A stretch of 63,840 nt of DNA, filler included, from Octopus bimaculoides (lineage: Eukaryota), in assembly GCF_001194135.2 (NCBI RefSeq). It is 4 parts of 3 records of this genome, joined end to end, with 100 filler letters (N's around TTAATTAATTAA, not from the genome) between each part and the next. Parts side by side here need not be neighbours in the genome. Positions count along the whole stretch, not along the records: positions 18,351 to 49,057 come from NC_069001.1; positions 49,158 to 62,015 come from NC_068984.1; 2 more parts are not named here. One strand, written 5' to 3'. Numbering within the stretch: the stretch's first letter is position 1; each line of letters begins with the position of its first letter. This document shows, piece after piece, positions 40,711 to 53,285 of this stretch. Under the pieces are notes generated by a model that was given only the letters and a program-made list of their open reading frames with translations, searched no databases and was not told where the DNA came from. A program made the position numbers and the translations under genes.

Positions 40711-41589
40711 AAAATTTATTGCAGTAACTGTGTCAATAATAGCTGCTACAACGACTCTAGAGTTATAAGCAGCACTTGTAGTATCAAGGCAACAGCAGCA
40801 ACCGCATCAGCGGCAATAGAAACTGCATCTATGTTGCATCTAACAGCAGCAGCAGCAGCGGCGGCAGCAGAAGCATAATGCTGCATTGAAAACAGCAGCA
40901 TTTATGGAGGTATCAGCTATATGGCATTTAATACAACTGCAAATGAGCAGCACCGGAAGCAGCTATATGGTATTTAATTCAGCAGAAGCGAAAATAGCTG
41001 CAGCAGCTACAACAGCAGCAATAATGGATGCAACACTTATAGTGGTTAGTGCAGCAGCGACATGGAGGCAATAACAGAAGCAGCAGCAGCAGCAGCAGCA
41101 GTAATAGTAGCAGTAGCTGTAGTATTAATCAAGAAACAGCAGCAGAAATGACTGTAAGAGCTGTTTCTGATTTTGGCACAAGGGGTAGTAATTTTAAGGG
41201 CGAGGTTTAATGGATTACATCAACCCCAGTACGAGACTGGTACTTTATCAATCTTGGTTGGTTGAAGCTTATACACACACATCTATACGTATGTGTATAT
41301 GTAACTATATGCATTCATGCGTATGCATATATGTATGTATATGTATATGCATATATATGTATCTGTATGTATATGTATATATATGTGTGTATGTTATGTA
41401 TGAATATTGATTTATATGTAGGCATATGTGTATATATGCATGTATGTATGTATGTATGTATGTATGTATATATATGTATACTTATGCGCGCGCGCGAGTG
41501 TGTGTGGAGTGACTTTGTCAACTTATGGTTCATTTTGTTTAATCACAGTTTCAATTTAACCCGGGCGTCTAAGGGTAAAAACCAATTTA

Positions 41590-42250
41590 ACCGTGACGAT
41601 TCTTGATCTTTTGTGGCATAGTATATCTAGGACAACGTTGTCTAACATCTCCCTTTTCTCAGTCAGCAAGGATAGTTGACAGCTATTTTCATAAAATTGA
41701 GTGACTGCATAGAGTAGGTGTTTCAAATTGTTTCTTTCGGTGTACCTCTTTGTCATACATATCAAGCAATGTTGCAGTACCTCTTATAAAGAATAAATTG
41801 TAAAATGATCGGCTACCATAAAACAAAGGATCTTTTTGTTGAGAACATAAAACAATGGATAATTCGTTATTAATTAGTAAAGTAATTAGTAAAGTGGAAA
41901 TCGCCGCAAAATTTTGTCTCAGGAAAACTTCTCATACAGACTTATGTATTAAAACCCAAGGCTTCACTCAGAACGCCGGTGCAATAATAGATGCAGGGTA
42001 TCGATCTGATTCGGTTTCTTCAGTGACGAATACCTCGGGCATCTTTTGTTTACCGACTTCTACATTGGAACAACTACTCTTAGCTTTGCTCAGAGCGCCA
42101 AGGATATTCATTACTGAGGAGACCAAATAGGTCGAAACATCGTGTCTGGCGGATCTACCGATATTATGAGCGAAGCCTTGTTTCTCTTCTTTCTTTTTTT
42201 CACACTCTTCTCTGTGAGCAAATTCTTTTTAACAAAATATCACAGCTATT
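41590..42250 (-). mobile_element. Probable Penelope-like N-terminal relic carrying the plus-strand hammerhead
   Basis: The QRCPR / CTAGGACAACGT segment is shared with the 24560-24620 region and with a further relic at ~43850-44170. Confidence 0.4.
42105..42154 (+). ncRNA. Minimal type I hammerhead ribozyme
   Basis: TATTCATTA-CTGAGGA-GACC-AAATA-GGTC-GAAA-CA-TCG-TG-TC-TGGCGGAT. Complete core, 4-bp stem II, 3-bp stem III, GUC triplet, wobble-rich stem I. Confidence 0.75.
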
Positions 42251-42638
42251 GCTGTTCCACATTTTGTATGCATGTTAAAAATGATATACACACCGGTGTT
42301 TTGATTTAAGGCTGTCACAAATGTGTATATTAAATTAATTATTGGTTATGTATAATTTGCTGTTAAATATAGCAGCTAAATCTCTCTCAAACATCATACA
42401 TAATATCCGAAAAAAAAAAGACTTTGGTTGATGAGGTCCTGAATTCTTGCTCATAAGGAAAGCAGGATGGCCATAGTTAGAATGCCTTTGATCATTGTCT
42501 CCTCTAAATCAGTTCTGACTTCCAAACAACAAATTTGACGATTTCTTTTTTTTTTTTTGATAAATCCTGTTTATTAACTCTGAGGCTGAACCGTTGAAAA
42601 GTAGTTGGTTGTGATTTGCTTCAATATTTCAGTATATA

Positions 42639-43521
42639 CGAGGGGCTACTCAAAAGTAGCCGGAAGCATTTTGTGGGACAAGCCTGTTGTAGTTCAAGCT
42701 TCTGTCGCTAGTAGTCACTTGATGCGACCCTCATGAACTAGTCTGCAGACCGGCGTCGATTAGAATCGTACTGCCACGTAGTGTGTCTTTGTTTTGCAGT
42801 GCTTCTCTCCTGTTCGTCAATTTTTGCGATGGCTGAAACGGAGAAACAGCATACTTTCGTGAAATTCTGTTTTCTGCTGAGAAAAATGGCGGCGGAGACA
42901 GTTGTCATGCTTCAAACAGCTTACAAGGACGCTGCCATGAGCAAAACACAAGTTTACAAGTGGTTTCCATGCTTTTGGAATGGTCACTTGTCGTTTGAAG
43001 ACCAACCTCGTTCAGGACGACCGTCGACCTCTCAAACGTCATAAAAATTGATGAACTGATCATCGAGGACCGTCACCGAACAATTAACGAACTTGATATG
43101 ACTGGTATGTCCTGGAGCCCCTGCTAATTAATTCTGAGCGAGGAATTGCGAATGAAAAGAGTTGCAGCAAAAGTTGTGCCATGCCTGCTCAAGGAAGATC
43201 AAAAGCAGTCAGGGCTGAATGCCTGTCGTGAACTGAAAGAACAGTTGGACGTTGACTCGGAACTTTTTTCGAAGGTCATCATTGGTGATGAAAGATGGTG
43301 CTACGGAATTTGCAGATGTGGAAGAGGCGAAGGAAAAAACGGTGGAGGCGTTAAAAGGCATCACTTCGCAAGAGTTCCAGCTTCGAATAGTGGAAAACAC
43401 ATCTAGGCTGATGCATTGCTTTAAATAGAGAATACTTTGAAGGGGATAAAAGTGTAAACTTGTAAAACTAAGTGGATAAAATGATATTGTAAAATTCCGG
43501 TTTCACTTGGGTACCTCTTTG
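42639..43521 (+). mobile_element. Mariner transposon, internally deleted, same family as 4046-5418
   Basis: TA|CGAGGGGCTACTCAAAAGTAGCCGGAA ... TTCCGGTTTCACTTGGGTACCTCTTTG|TA. N-terminal transposase (VKFCFLLRKMAAETVVMLQTAY...VYKWF...EDQPRSGRPST) and IIGDERW. Confidence 0.87.
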
Positions 43522-43544
43522 TATATGCTGGCTAGCACTTTGTT

Positions 43545-43848
43545 GGTTATGGCGTTGAGGGTTCCAGTTGATCCGATCAAACAGAACAACCTGCTCGTGA
43601 AATTAACGTGCAAGTGGCTGAGCACTCCACAGAACTGTACCGTTAACGTAGTTCTCGAGGGGATTCAGCGTAACACCGAGTATGACAATTCTGGCTCTTT
43701 GAGATACAAGTACTACTAATTTTTGCTAGCTGAGTGGACTGGAGTAACGTGAAATAAAGTGTCTTGCTCAAGGACACAACGCGTCGCCGGGAATTGAACT
43801 CACGACTTTACGACAGTGAGCCAAAGTCTCTAACTACTAAACTATGTG
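43545..43848 (-). mobile_element. tRNA-derived SINE sharing the family C tail but with a different head
   Basis: Tail GTTGATCCGATCAA...CTCGTGAAATTAACGTGCAAGTGGCTGAGCACTCCACAG. Head GTGAGTTCAATTCCCGGCGACGCG. Confidence 0.75.
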
Positions 43849-44329
43849 CCTTCACATATTTCAGTATATACCTGTAATTTTTCTTGCATACCGCTAAGCG
43901 TATCCTTACCTCGGTTTCAGTTCTCCGGACGAAGTTTTCTTCTCTTCTCATGACGCGTCTTGTTAGTGTTGTTGTTGGCGTTTCTGTTCCTGTGCAACCC
44001 AAGGACAACCCAGCTCGAGCAGACTTCTGATAAAAAAAAGATATTCAGCCATAACTATCCCATACGAATACCTAGGACAACGTGTTATAATGAGTCTTTA
44101 CCCTCCACCAACTCACTAGGGTATTATTTGAGGAAAAAATTGGCTTTTATCTTATACAGGTCGAGATACCACTTACAGGCTCCTGATGCGGCTCCTGATG
44201 CGGCTGCTGTTGTGGCTGGCCCTGATGCTGCTGTATTTGCTGTTGTTGATGCTGTTATCAAGGCCACAAAAGCTGTTTCCACTGCCGCTGTTGCTGTCAT
44301 TATTATTTCTTGCTGCATTATTAGTTCTA

Positions 44330-44414
44330 GCTACTACTACTACTATTACTACTACCACCACCACCACCACCACTACTACTACTACTGCTAATACCACCAC
44401 CACCATCGCTACTC

Positions 44415-44478
<64 letters not shown>

Positions 44479-44572
44479 CACCACCACCATCATCACCACT
44501 ACTACCAATATCACCACCACCACCACCATCACCACTACTACAACTACTACTACTACTACTACCACCACCGCC

Positions 44573-44614
<42 letters not shown>

Positions 44615-45365
44615 GCTAATACCACCACCACCACCACTACTCCTACTACTACTACTACCACCACNNNNNNNNNNNNNNNNNNNNNNNNNNNNNNNNNNNN
44701 NNNNNNNNNNNNNNNNNNNNNNNNNNNNNNNNNNNNNNNNNNNNNNNNNNNNNNNNNNNNNNNNNNNNNNNNNNNNNNNNNNNNNNNNNNNNNNNNNNNN
44801 NNNNNNNNNNNNNNNNNNNNNNNNNNNNNNNNNNNNNNNNNNNNNNNNNNNNNNNNNNNNNNNNNNNNNNNNNNNNNNNNNNNNNNNNNNNNNNNNNNNN
44901 NNNNNNNNNNNNNNNNNNNNNNNNNNNNNNNNNNNNNNNNNNNNNNNNNNNNNNNNNNNNNNNNNNNNNNNNNNNNNNNNNNNNNNNNNNNNNNNNNNNN
45001 NNNNNNNNNNNNNNNNNNNNNNNNNNNNNNNNNNNNNNNNNNNNNNNNNNNNNNNNNNNNNNNNNNNNNNNNNNNNNNNNNNNNNNNNNNNNNNNNNNNN
45101 NNNNNNNNNNNNNNNNNNNNNNNNNNNNNNNNNNNNNNNNNNNNNNNNNNNNNNNNNNNNNNNNNNNNNNNNNNNNNNNNNNNNNNNNNNNNNNNNNNNN
45201 NNNNNNNNNNNNNNNNNNNNNNNNNNNNNNNNNNNNNNNNNNNNNNNNNNNNNNNNNNNNACTACTACTACTACTACTACCACCACCGCCACCACCACCA
45301 CTACTACCACCAGCATCACTACAACGACACCATTGCCACCCCCATCCACTATCACTATCACCATC
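44330..45365. repeat. (ACT)/(ACC)n low-complexity tract with gap
   Basis: Direct reading. Source of the spurious poly-T/V ORFs. Confidence 0.9.
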
Positions 45366-46087
45366 CCAACGATCATCGGAGCCTCTAAATGATCAGTCAA
45401 TATGGTAGAAATAGTAGCTAAATCTCCCTCAAGTCACACGTTAGCGTTGCATAATATAGTCCTTTGTTCCATAAACAAAATACATAAACGAGATGGTCAC
45501 AATTGGAACGTCTTTCATTGTGAGTCTCTCCAATCCCGATTGAACTGGGCCTGAACTACGACAACAAAAAAATGCTAACACCACAACCAGGACAACAACC
45601 TGAGTCACCTCTGCCATCACCACCACCACCACCACCAAGCCAAATGAAAACACCGCTACCACTAGCACCACCACCACAACAATAACTAATGTTACTATCT
45701 CTATCGCCATCATCAGCACTAGCGCTACCAACGGGCGAAGGAACCTCTGCAGAGACTTTGGAGCTGCTAGAAATATTTATCAAATCGCCCTCAATTCTCA
45801 CTCCAGACTGTCATCAAATAGAAAATACTGAAAATAAGAATATCTTGTGTAAAAATAGAGTTTTAAAAAGTTTCTCTCCCTCTTTCTTTCTCTCTCTCTC
45901 TTTCTCTTTCTCCACACACACTCACACACACACACGCACACACGCACACACATACACACACCCGTGTATTCTTAAATAAGTATTTACATGTTCATATGTT
46001 TGTATATGTATTTATATATACATGATGTTGTATGTATGTATGTATGTACGCATGTGCTTGTGTCTCTACATACATGCAAATATACAT

Positions 46088-46118
<31 letters not shown>

Positions 46119-46449
46119 CATACATACACATATATATATATATATATATATATATNNNNNNNNNNNNNNNNNNNNNNNNNNNNNNNNNNNNNNNNNNNNN
46201 NNNNNNNNNNNNNNNNNNNNNNNNNNNNNNNNNNNNNNNNNNNNNNNNNNNNNNNNNNNNNNNNNNNNNNNNNNNNNNNNNNNNNNNNNNNNNNNNNNNN
46301 NNNNNNNNNNNNNNNNNNNNNNNNNNNNNNNNNNNNNNNNNNNNNNNNNNNNNNNNNNNNNNNNNNNNNNNNNNNNNNNNNNNNNNNNNNNNNNNNNNNN
46401 NNNNNNNNNNNNNNNNNNNNNNNNNNNNNNNNNNNNNNNNNNNNNNNNG

Positions 46450-47590
46450 ACATCTCATTTTAACATATATTTATCAAAATTACATGAAAGTATCTTGAAA
46501 TACTAAAGAGTAAATTTATTCAACAAAATCGCCATTGGCTTCAACCTCAGCTTCCAGACGACTTCGGAATCTCCTGCAACTCTTCCGGACGGTCTCCTTG
46601 TTTTGTTTAAGTTGGTGAATGCTACCATAATCCTTGCCTTCAGTTCATCTTTGGTATTACAAGGAGCTTTGTTGGTCTTTCGCTCAACTGCGCTCCACAC
46701 ATAATAATCAAGGGGGTTGCAGTCTGGGGAGTTAAGTGGCCAGATGTTAGGGGTGATGTGGTCGCAGAAATGGTCTGAAAGCCATGACAGGGCTCTCCTG
46801 CCTCTGTAGCATGGTGCAGAGTCCTTTTGCCAGAGATGGGGTCTTCCAGCAGCCACCCTCTTGATCCAGGGCAGTACTACCTCCTCCAGGCACTTGATGT
46901 AGGCCTCTGTCTTCAGTCTCAGGCCGCGTGGGAAGGTGAATGGAGGCATAAAGTCGTCATCACTAGTGATCACTCCAAACAACATGATGTTGCCTGGATG
47001 TTTGATTTTTATCACTCTCGGTGCATGTTTTGGGGACACGGCAAGCCAGCGGTTGTTCTGTGTATTCACCATTTGACCCTGGCAGAAACTTTTCTCGTCT
47101 GAGAAAAACCAAACCATGTTTGGTTGGAGTGGATGCTTGGGTTTGCTGAAAAGTGTGGTCTTTCCTCTTGTCCTTGATGGTTTGGGATAAAAAAATTGGT
47201 CCTTTCTCATATTCTATGCGGAATACCGAATGTCTTCATGCACTATCTGCCTGATAATAAACTCAGACGCTCTCATGTCTCTGCGATGAACCTGATTGAC
47301 TTGGAGGGATCGTTGTCAATCATGCCCTGGGTCTCACCAACAAACTCAGGAATTCTTTTCTCATCAGGAAGAGCACAGTGAGTTTTCTGAGCTGCCTTCT
47401 TAGCAGCCTCCATTTTGTAGCCATTCATACATCCGTGCATTGTGTCATCCATTATAACGGTAAAAACCGATTCCCGAGGAGAGACATTTCTTTTGACAGT
47501 AGTATGTGCAAACCTCAGCACCAATAAACGGTTCTATGGTGAAATCACAATCTTTATAAAATTATAATATTTTACAAATTGTTTTGAGTT
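46450..47590 (-). mobile_element. maT-type (DD37D) Tc1/mariner transposon
   Basis: ORF 47210-46503 carries FSDEK and KDSAPC...SPDCNPLDYYVW (37 residues between the second and third D). The N-terminal HTH piece (IDNDPSKSIR) lies in ORF 47524-47273. Confidence 0.9.
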
Positions 47591-47619
47591 TTGTATTCCT
47601 GTTTCTTATACGCTTTTCT

Positions 47620-48170
47620 CTCTCTCCTAGCACCCGCCCCACCCTCACCCGCCTCCAGTTTCCCCCTCACCTACCACCCCTCCACCCTACCTCTCCAGCA
47701 GACCATTCTCCGAGCCTTCCGCTGACTCCAGTCCCACCCATCCACCTTACACATCTTCCCTAACCCATCCCTTCTCTCCTTCAAACGAGCCCACAACCTG
47801 CGTGACCTCTTGGTCCACATTTTCTTCCCTACCCTTGCCTCCCAACCTAGATCCTTCCCCTGTTATCGCCCACGATGTCGCACTTGCCCCTACCTCTCCA
47901 ACGCCACTACCCTCACTGGCACCCAGCACCGTCCTTATCACACCACCGACTCCTTTACATATACTTCCAGCAATGCTATCTACTGGTTCGCTAAGCACTT
48001 CCGAGACATAAGATTTGTCAAAGACACCTCGGTCTTGCGCCACTTCCGCTCCACCGGTCATTTGCTACATCTGTCTGTGTTCGGACTATCTCTGCACAGG
48101 GGCCACCCGGATTCCCGCCTTCGTCGTGAACAGAAATTAATCTTCTTCCCTCATTCCTTTGCTCCTTAAG
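47620..48170 (+). mobile_element. Penelope-like (Neptune-type) 3' fragment with deleted GIY-YIG core
   Basis: LPLTYHP...SFKRAHNLRDLLVH, then PCYRPRCRTCPYL...FTYTSSNAIY, then SVLRHFRSTGH...RLRREQKLIF. Confidence 0.8.
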
Positions 48171-48641
48171 ATCTTAATTCACCACCTCTCTTCATCTAAC
48201 ACCAACACCACACAGATTACCACACAATTCCCACATTCAACTGCCCTCCCCTCCACCCACACACCTGCACACCACCTACCTCGGTACCCTCACTACACAC
48301 ACACTACTACACACACACTACTACACAAACGCCAATGCACACCGTTCAACTCATTACTCACATCACACACCATTACACACACACCCACAAACACCTCACT
48401 TCATATACACTAGCACCCAACACCTCTCAGTACCCACACCACACACCCACACACTCTCCAATATCCTCACCACATACACCACTATACGAGCAACCCTAAA
48501 CACTGCTCAACTCAGTACACACACCGTTATGCACACTCCCTCACCCCACACACTCAAATGCACATGCATTCACGCACACCCTACCTTTTCACACATACTA
48601 GCATCCCATATCTGCCAACCCCAACTCTCTTTAATAAATAT

Positions 48642-48963
48642 AGATGTTATTAAACCATTTATATTTTCATATCTCCTACACATGTTTCGATGGGTGCATC
48701 CAAAATACATACGGCAGGATGAATAACGGTCAGCTATGTATCAATCACTTCGGGGGCGATATAGATAACAGTACTCATCAATTAGACATTTTAACAGATA
48801 TATGACGCCCCAGAAATGTGACGTATATATATGCAAATACGCGAACATATGCACATAAACGCAACATGTATTTGACCATTATTCAGCCTGTCGGACGTAT
48901 TTTGAATGCATCCATCGAAACATATGTAGGATATATGACGATATAAATGATTTAATAGCATCT
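48642..48963. mobile_element. MITE-like element with ~95-bp imperfect terminal inverted repeats
   Basis: AGATGTTATTAAACCATTTATAT...ATGTTTCGATGGGTGCATCCAAAATAC is matched in reverse by GTATTTTGAATGCATCCATCGAAACAT...ATATAAATGATTTAATAGCATCT. Confidence 0.75.
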
Positions 48964-49157
48964 TAAACGTATGTCCCCTTTTTCTATTTTTCCTATTTTT
49001 CTCCTAGATATATATATACATATGTATATGTATATGTTTATTTATATATATATATATNNNNNNNNNNNNNNNNNNNNNNNNNNNNNNNNNNNNNNNNNNN
49101 NTTAATTAATTAANNNNNNNNNNNNNNNNNNNNNNNNNNNNNNNNNNNNNNNNNNNN

Positions 49158-49195
<38 letters not shown>

Positions 49196-49326
49196 TGTAA
49201 GTTATACAACATAAATGTGTATAGACGTATAACGCATATCTACACACAAATGTTCATGCAAGACATGTTCGCTAAGTGGAGACTAATATTTGTGCGTGTG
49301 TATGTGATTGTTTGTTGCTTTTTGTT

Positions 49327-49352
49327 TTTATTTTTTATTATATTTATTTATT
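49327..49352 (-). promoter_or_regulatory. Cluster of AATAAA polyadenylation signals of the USP gene
   Basis: Several tttatt hexamers on the + strand (AATAAA on minus) about 70-95 nt downstream of the USP stop codon. Confidence 0.5.
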
Positions 49353-49419
49353 TGTTCGGAAAAGGAAGTTTGTTAGAGAAACAAAGATTAGTGGGTAGTT
49401 AAATAGGGTAATTTAGAAT

Positions 49420-49704
49420 TTAGTCAGGGTGCCCCTTTTTAGACTTGCTCTTTCTGCTCCACCTTCTGTCTTTCTTTTCGTCATCACCGTCTTTGTCTTT
49501 TTCCTTGTCCTCTCCACTTTTGCACACTAACACTGGTACTGTGGCGTGGTGGACTATGTAATCGCTGACACTACCAAGGAATGCTCTTTTCAGCTTCCCC
49601 AATCCACGAGTCCCAGTAATTATCACGGTGGCACATTCCTCTTCGGCGGCTTTACAGATGGCTTCACCTGGTTTGCCGGAGATCTGACGTATGGTAGCGT
49701 CCAC
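49420..49704 (-). CDS. Universal stress protein (USP/UspA-domain) gene, terminal coding exon
   Basis: Acceptor ctgttcttttcttcag|GTG, phase 0, stop TAA at 49422-49420. Translates VDATIRQISGKPGEAICKAAEEECATVIITGTRGLGKLKRAFLGSVSDYIVHHATVPVLVCK..., which contains the USP signature G-2x-G-9x-GS and the C-terminal PVLV strand. Confidence 0.93.
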   Translation of the reverse strand: MDATIRQISGKPGEAICKAAEEECATVIITGTRGLGKLKRAFLGSVSDYIVHHATVPVLVCKSGEDKEKDKDGDDEKKDRRWSRKSKSKKGHPD

Positions 49705-52301
49705 CTGAAGAAAAGAACAGAGACAAAGTCTTTGATAAAGCTAGATTGGAGCAAATTAATCAAAGAGATGAAAACATAAAATAAAAAAGTTATGAGAACA
49801 GCAAGAAAAATTATCAATGGTAGAAGTTATCAACATTCATATTGTGAGATACTTTCTCATTATCTGAGAGAGATTCGTTTATTAATACAGTTAATTAATT
49901 TCCTCTGTAACAAGCGCTGTTTTTTTATGGAATAAGATACATAATAGATTGGAACGACTATTAATAGATCTTTAATCATCTCAATAACATAATGTGTTTC
50001 ATGCAAGAATAGGCTTTGACAAATTTTAATAGTTTGTATTCCTGGTTTGCTTGTACGAGTTTTGCCCGTCGCACTGCCTCACCCATCTTTCCACAGTAAA
50101 TTAACGAAAAGTTAAGACAACGTAGTTCGCATTTTCACAGAACATTCACAGAGCGAAAGAAAAAGAGTAACAAAAGAAAACACTACATAGTCATATGATC
50201 GGCACAGTCTGTATCTGCACCAACTTCCAGCAATCTTTGCTTTTACATGTAGAATCACAATTCCTGCTATTACATATATAATCATTCTCAAACAAGCAAA
50301 CACACTGACAACACTTCAAGAGCCTTACTTGAGATTTCTAGAGCATCAGCAACTGATCAGAGCTGAATTTTNNNNNNNNNNCAGAGACAAGAATCTGCAT
50401 GTCTCTAAGGCAGTCATTGTATCCTGTTTGCAAGTATTATGTTAATTAACCTAAGGGTCTTACTTTTAATGTAGTTTACAGCATTTTTGTGTGTAGAAAC
50501 AGTACTGTCTAAGATATGTGAGCAGTACCTCGATGTGAGCCTTACTTGAGATTTCTAGAGCATCAGCAACTGATCAGAGCTGAATTTTTTCTAAGCCTTA
50601 AAATGAAGCCTAAACTTTTAGGATACAGAATTTTGACGTTGTTATATATGCGAGGTTGTACTGAAAGATCAACAAGGGTTGCTAGCCCTAGAGTTTGTGG
50701 TGATTTCAGTATTTTAAGTTGTTTTTATTGCTCCGAAGTACATATGGGTGAATGCAAGTCTGTTTCCTTGAGGTGTGTGATAACTCTTTCAAATATAGAC
50801 ACAAGGCCTGAAATTTTGAGGGAGAGGGCTGGTCGATTACATCAACCCCAGTACTTGACTGGTACTTATTTCATCGATCCTTAACGGATCAAAAAGCAAG
50901 GTCAACCTGGTGGAATTAGAACTCAGAATGTAAAGCCGTTAAACATTTTGTCCGGCGTTCTAACGATTTTGCAAACACGTCACCTTCTTGATATGTGTAA
51001 TGATGGAGTTTGTTTGTTCTTTGTCATAACTCTATTAAAGGATTTTTCTAAAGTTTCTGTTCATTGTGATCACACAAACGTAAGATATGTATGTAGAGAG
51101 CAAGGGAAGGAAAATAGAAATATTTTCTGGTTAGATCTAATAAATGGGTCACTAAAGAAGAGAAGAAAACTGTGACAGAATATACTAAGATACAAATATG
51201 TTGATAGATTATGGATCAGACCAGCCCGCCAGTCATAATGCAACAGAGCATTGGAATCCATAAGAGTTTATCTTAGTTTTGGATGTTGTCAGGTCAGACA
51301 CAATCAAATAAATGTTTTATGTATGTCAAGGCAACAACAGAGAAAAGGGAAAAGAGAATGATTCAAAGTAACACAGTAGGCGACTATTTATGAGCATCTT
51401 TATCTCAGTGTTCGAAATTAGAATAATCGATCAAAGGATCAATAGTTGGCAGAGACAGAAAAGTTAACTCTTTAAAGAATGGACAAATTGTACTGTGTTT
51501 CTATACATTTCTGCAGATATAGAAGGTTTGAAGAGTTCTTTTTAAGATAAGAGTAATCTTTGGCTTACACTACTTCAGAATAATAATAAGTACATCATCA
51601 GTTCTGTTAGCCTTGGGCTAAAGTGGTCGAAGCAGGTTTTGCAGTTATCTTTGTTTTGTTTTATGGTTTCCATTTTGCGAACAATGCTATTATTATTTAC
51701 GAGTTTCCAAATAACAAATCATTGGTTCCCAATATTTCCAATGGTGACAGAGACAAGGGAACATCGTGCGAAATAAATACCAGAAACATTCTTGCTCGAA
51801 TGTACCAATTTATCGGTTTTCTCGCTGACCTGTACATTTTTTTACTAATATACATCAATGGAACATATAAACGTGTGGTGGGGTGGACAAATGGCTGGCT
51901 TCCCCAATTTTCTTTTCATTAAGGTTTATTCACAAGAAACTAGGCAAGTCAAGTCAATTGACTAAAATATTAGCCTAAGGGGCTATGAGATTGAACCCTG
52001 AACTGTATGGGGTCGGGAGAGGAGAAGTAAAATTTTTGTAGGATGTGTGCAGCCTTTAGTTGTCAAGATAAAAACGGGCAACAAATATAGGCCCCTTTAT
52101 CATTGGAAGTATTACTTGCATAGACATACTAAAAGAGCGGCAACTAGGTGAATTCTACAAAGTTAACAGGTACACTCTTAGCAAGATACCAGAATTAAAG
52201 CTCTGTTTAAAACATTATTCCAGCCAGAAGATATGTAACCAAAGAAAATTCTTCATGAAAAATCAAGAAATATTCTGTGAAGTCAAAATTGAACAACTTA
52301 C

Positions 52302-52387
52302 TCCAAATGTAGACATTTTATCAATAAATCCTTTCTCCAGTTCAAGCATCTGTTCTTCTCTTCCAAGCCTCACAGAAGCATCAGAAG
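52302..52387 (-). CDS. USP gene internal exon (86 nt, phase 1 to 0)
   Basis: ttttttttatcag|CT TCT GAT...TTT GGA|gtaagt. Encodes (T)SDASVRLGREEQMLELEKGFIDKMSTFG and joins the terminal exon in frame. Not in the ORF track. Confidence 0.8.
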
Positions 52388-53285
52388 CTGATAAAAAAAA
52401 GTTATATTCGTATTTCAAATTTCAGAAACAATGCAAAAATAGTTTGAATATTTTATAAGAAATAGTTCAAAGTGTATCATTAATATACATTTTATGTTGT
52501 GCCTGACTGATTCAATCTACAATAAGATTTTAATCAATTTTATTCTAATTATTATCGAAAGTATAAATAAAATACAAGGAAAGAATCGATAAGATTGATT
52601 ACACAGAGAACACGACTGATTATGAAATGTAAAGGACTGAAATTTATGTATCGTATTATTTATTTGAAACACACGCAACGCCCTTGTGATGATCGTTGAT
52701 ATAACGGGAGGTAACAATCTCCTCACAGCGTGAGGCGAAATTAGAAATTTGAATTTGAAATCAAGAAATTTACTTCATTATTCTTATCTAAAAGAGAAAA
52801 AAATTATTTTACCTTCATTAGGTTGAAGAACTTGCACTTCTGCTCTACCCTAACAAATAATTTATTATGAAGAAACAATTGTCTATTGTCACAGACATTT
52901 CTTTGAAAGACTTCGAAGCGATTTTTGCAAACAATCATCAGCCTTGCTGTTCAATTAGTAGTATGTTATATCTCAAAATTGTAAGCAATCTCAATATACC
53001 TCCAGCCAAAATTTTTATTCATTTTAATTGTGTTTGTGCGTGAATAGACCACTGAGAATAGAATGTATAGGAAACAGATGGCCAGCAGCCAGTAAAAGCA
53101 AAAACAAAAAAAAAAACAAGCAAAGAGTACTGCTTTAAAAAAGGAAAGAGAACAGAAATATTATTGAAAAACAGAATAGTTGGGATGGTTGCGACTAAAA
53201 TGGCTTTGATCAAAGTTCTGGTCGATCAGAGCAAAAACAATGAGGACTGTTATATAATGCTATATAGTAATGTATGTATACTTAC

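Noticed and set aside
38060-41150. Degenerate (GCA/CAG)n tracts giving poly-A/L/Q ORFs (38060-38560, 40730-41150, also 44170-44330)
   Set aside because: Cryptic simple repeats sharing short phrases (GTAGTATTAAT). Stops occur in all frames over longer spans and no domain is seen.
50320-50590. ~50-bp direct repeat GAGCCTTACTTGAGATTTCTAGAGCATCAGCAACTGATCAGAGCTGAATTTT
   Set aside because: The first copy ends at a 10-N gap, which is typical of an unmerged contig overlap.
52980-53130. Hydrophobic minus-strand frame FYWLLAICFLYILFSVVYS within the USP intron
   Set aside because: Derived from a T-rich tract, has a weak donor, and is incompatible with the USP fold and downstream phase.
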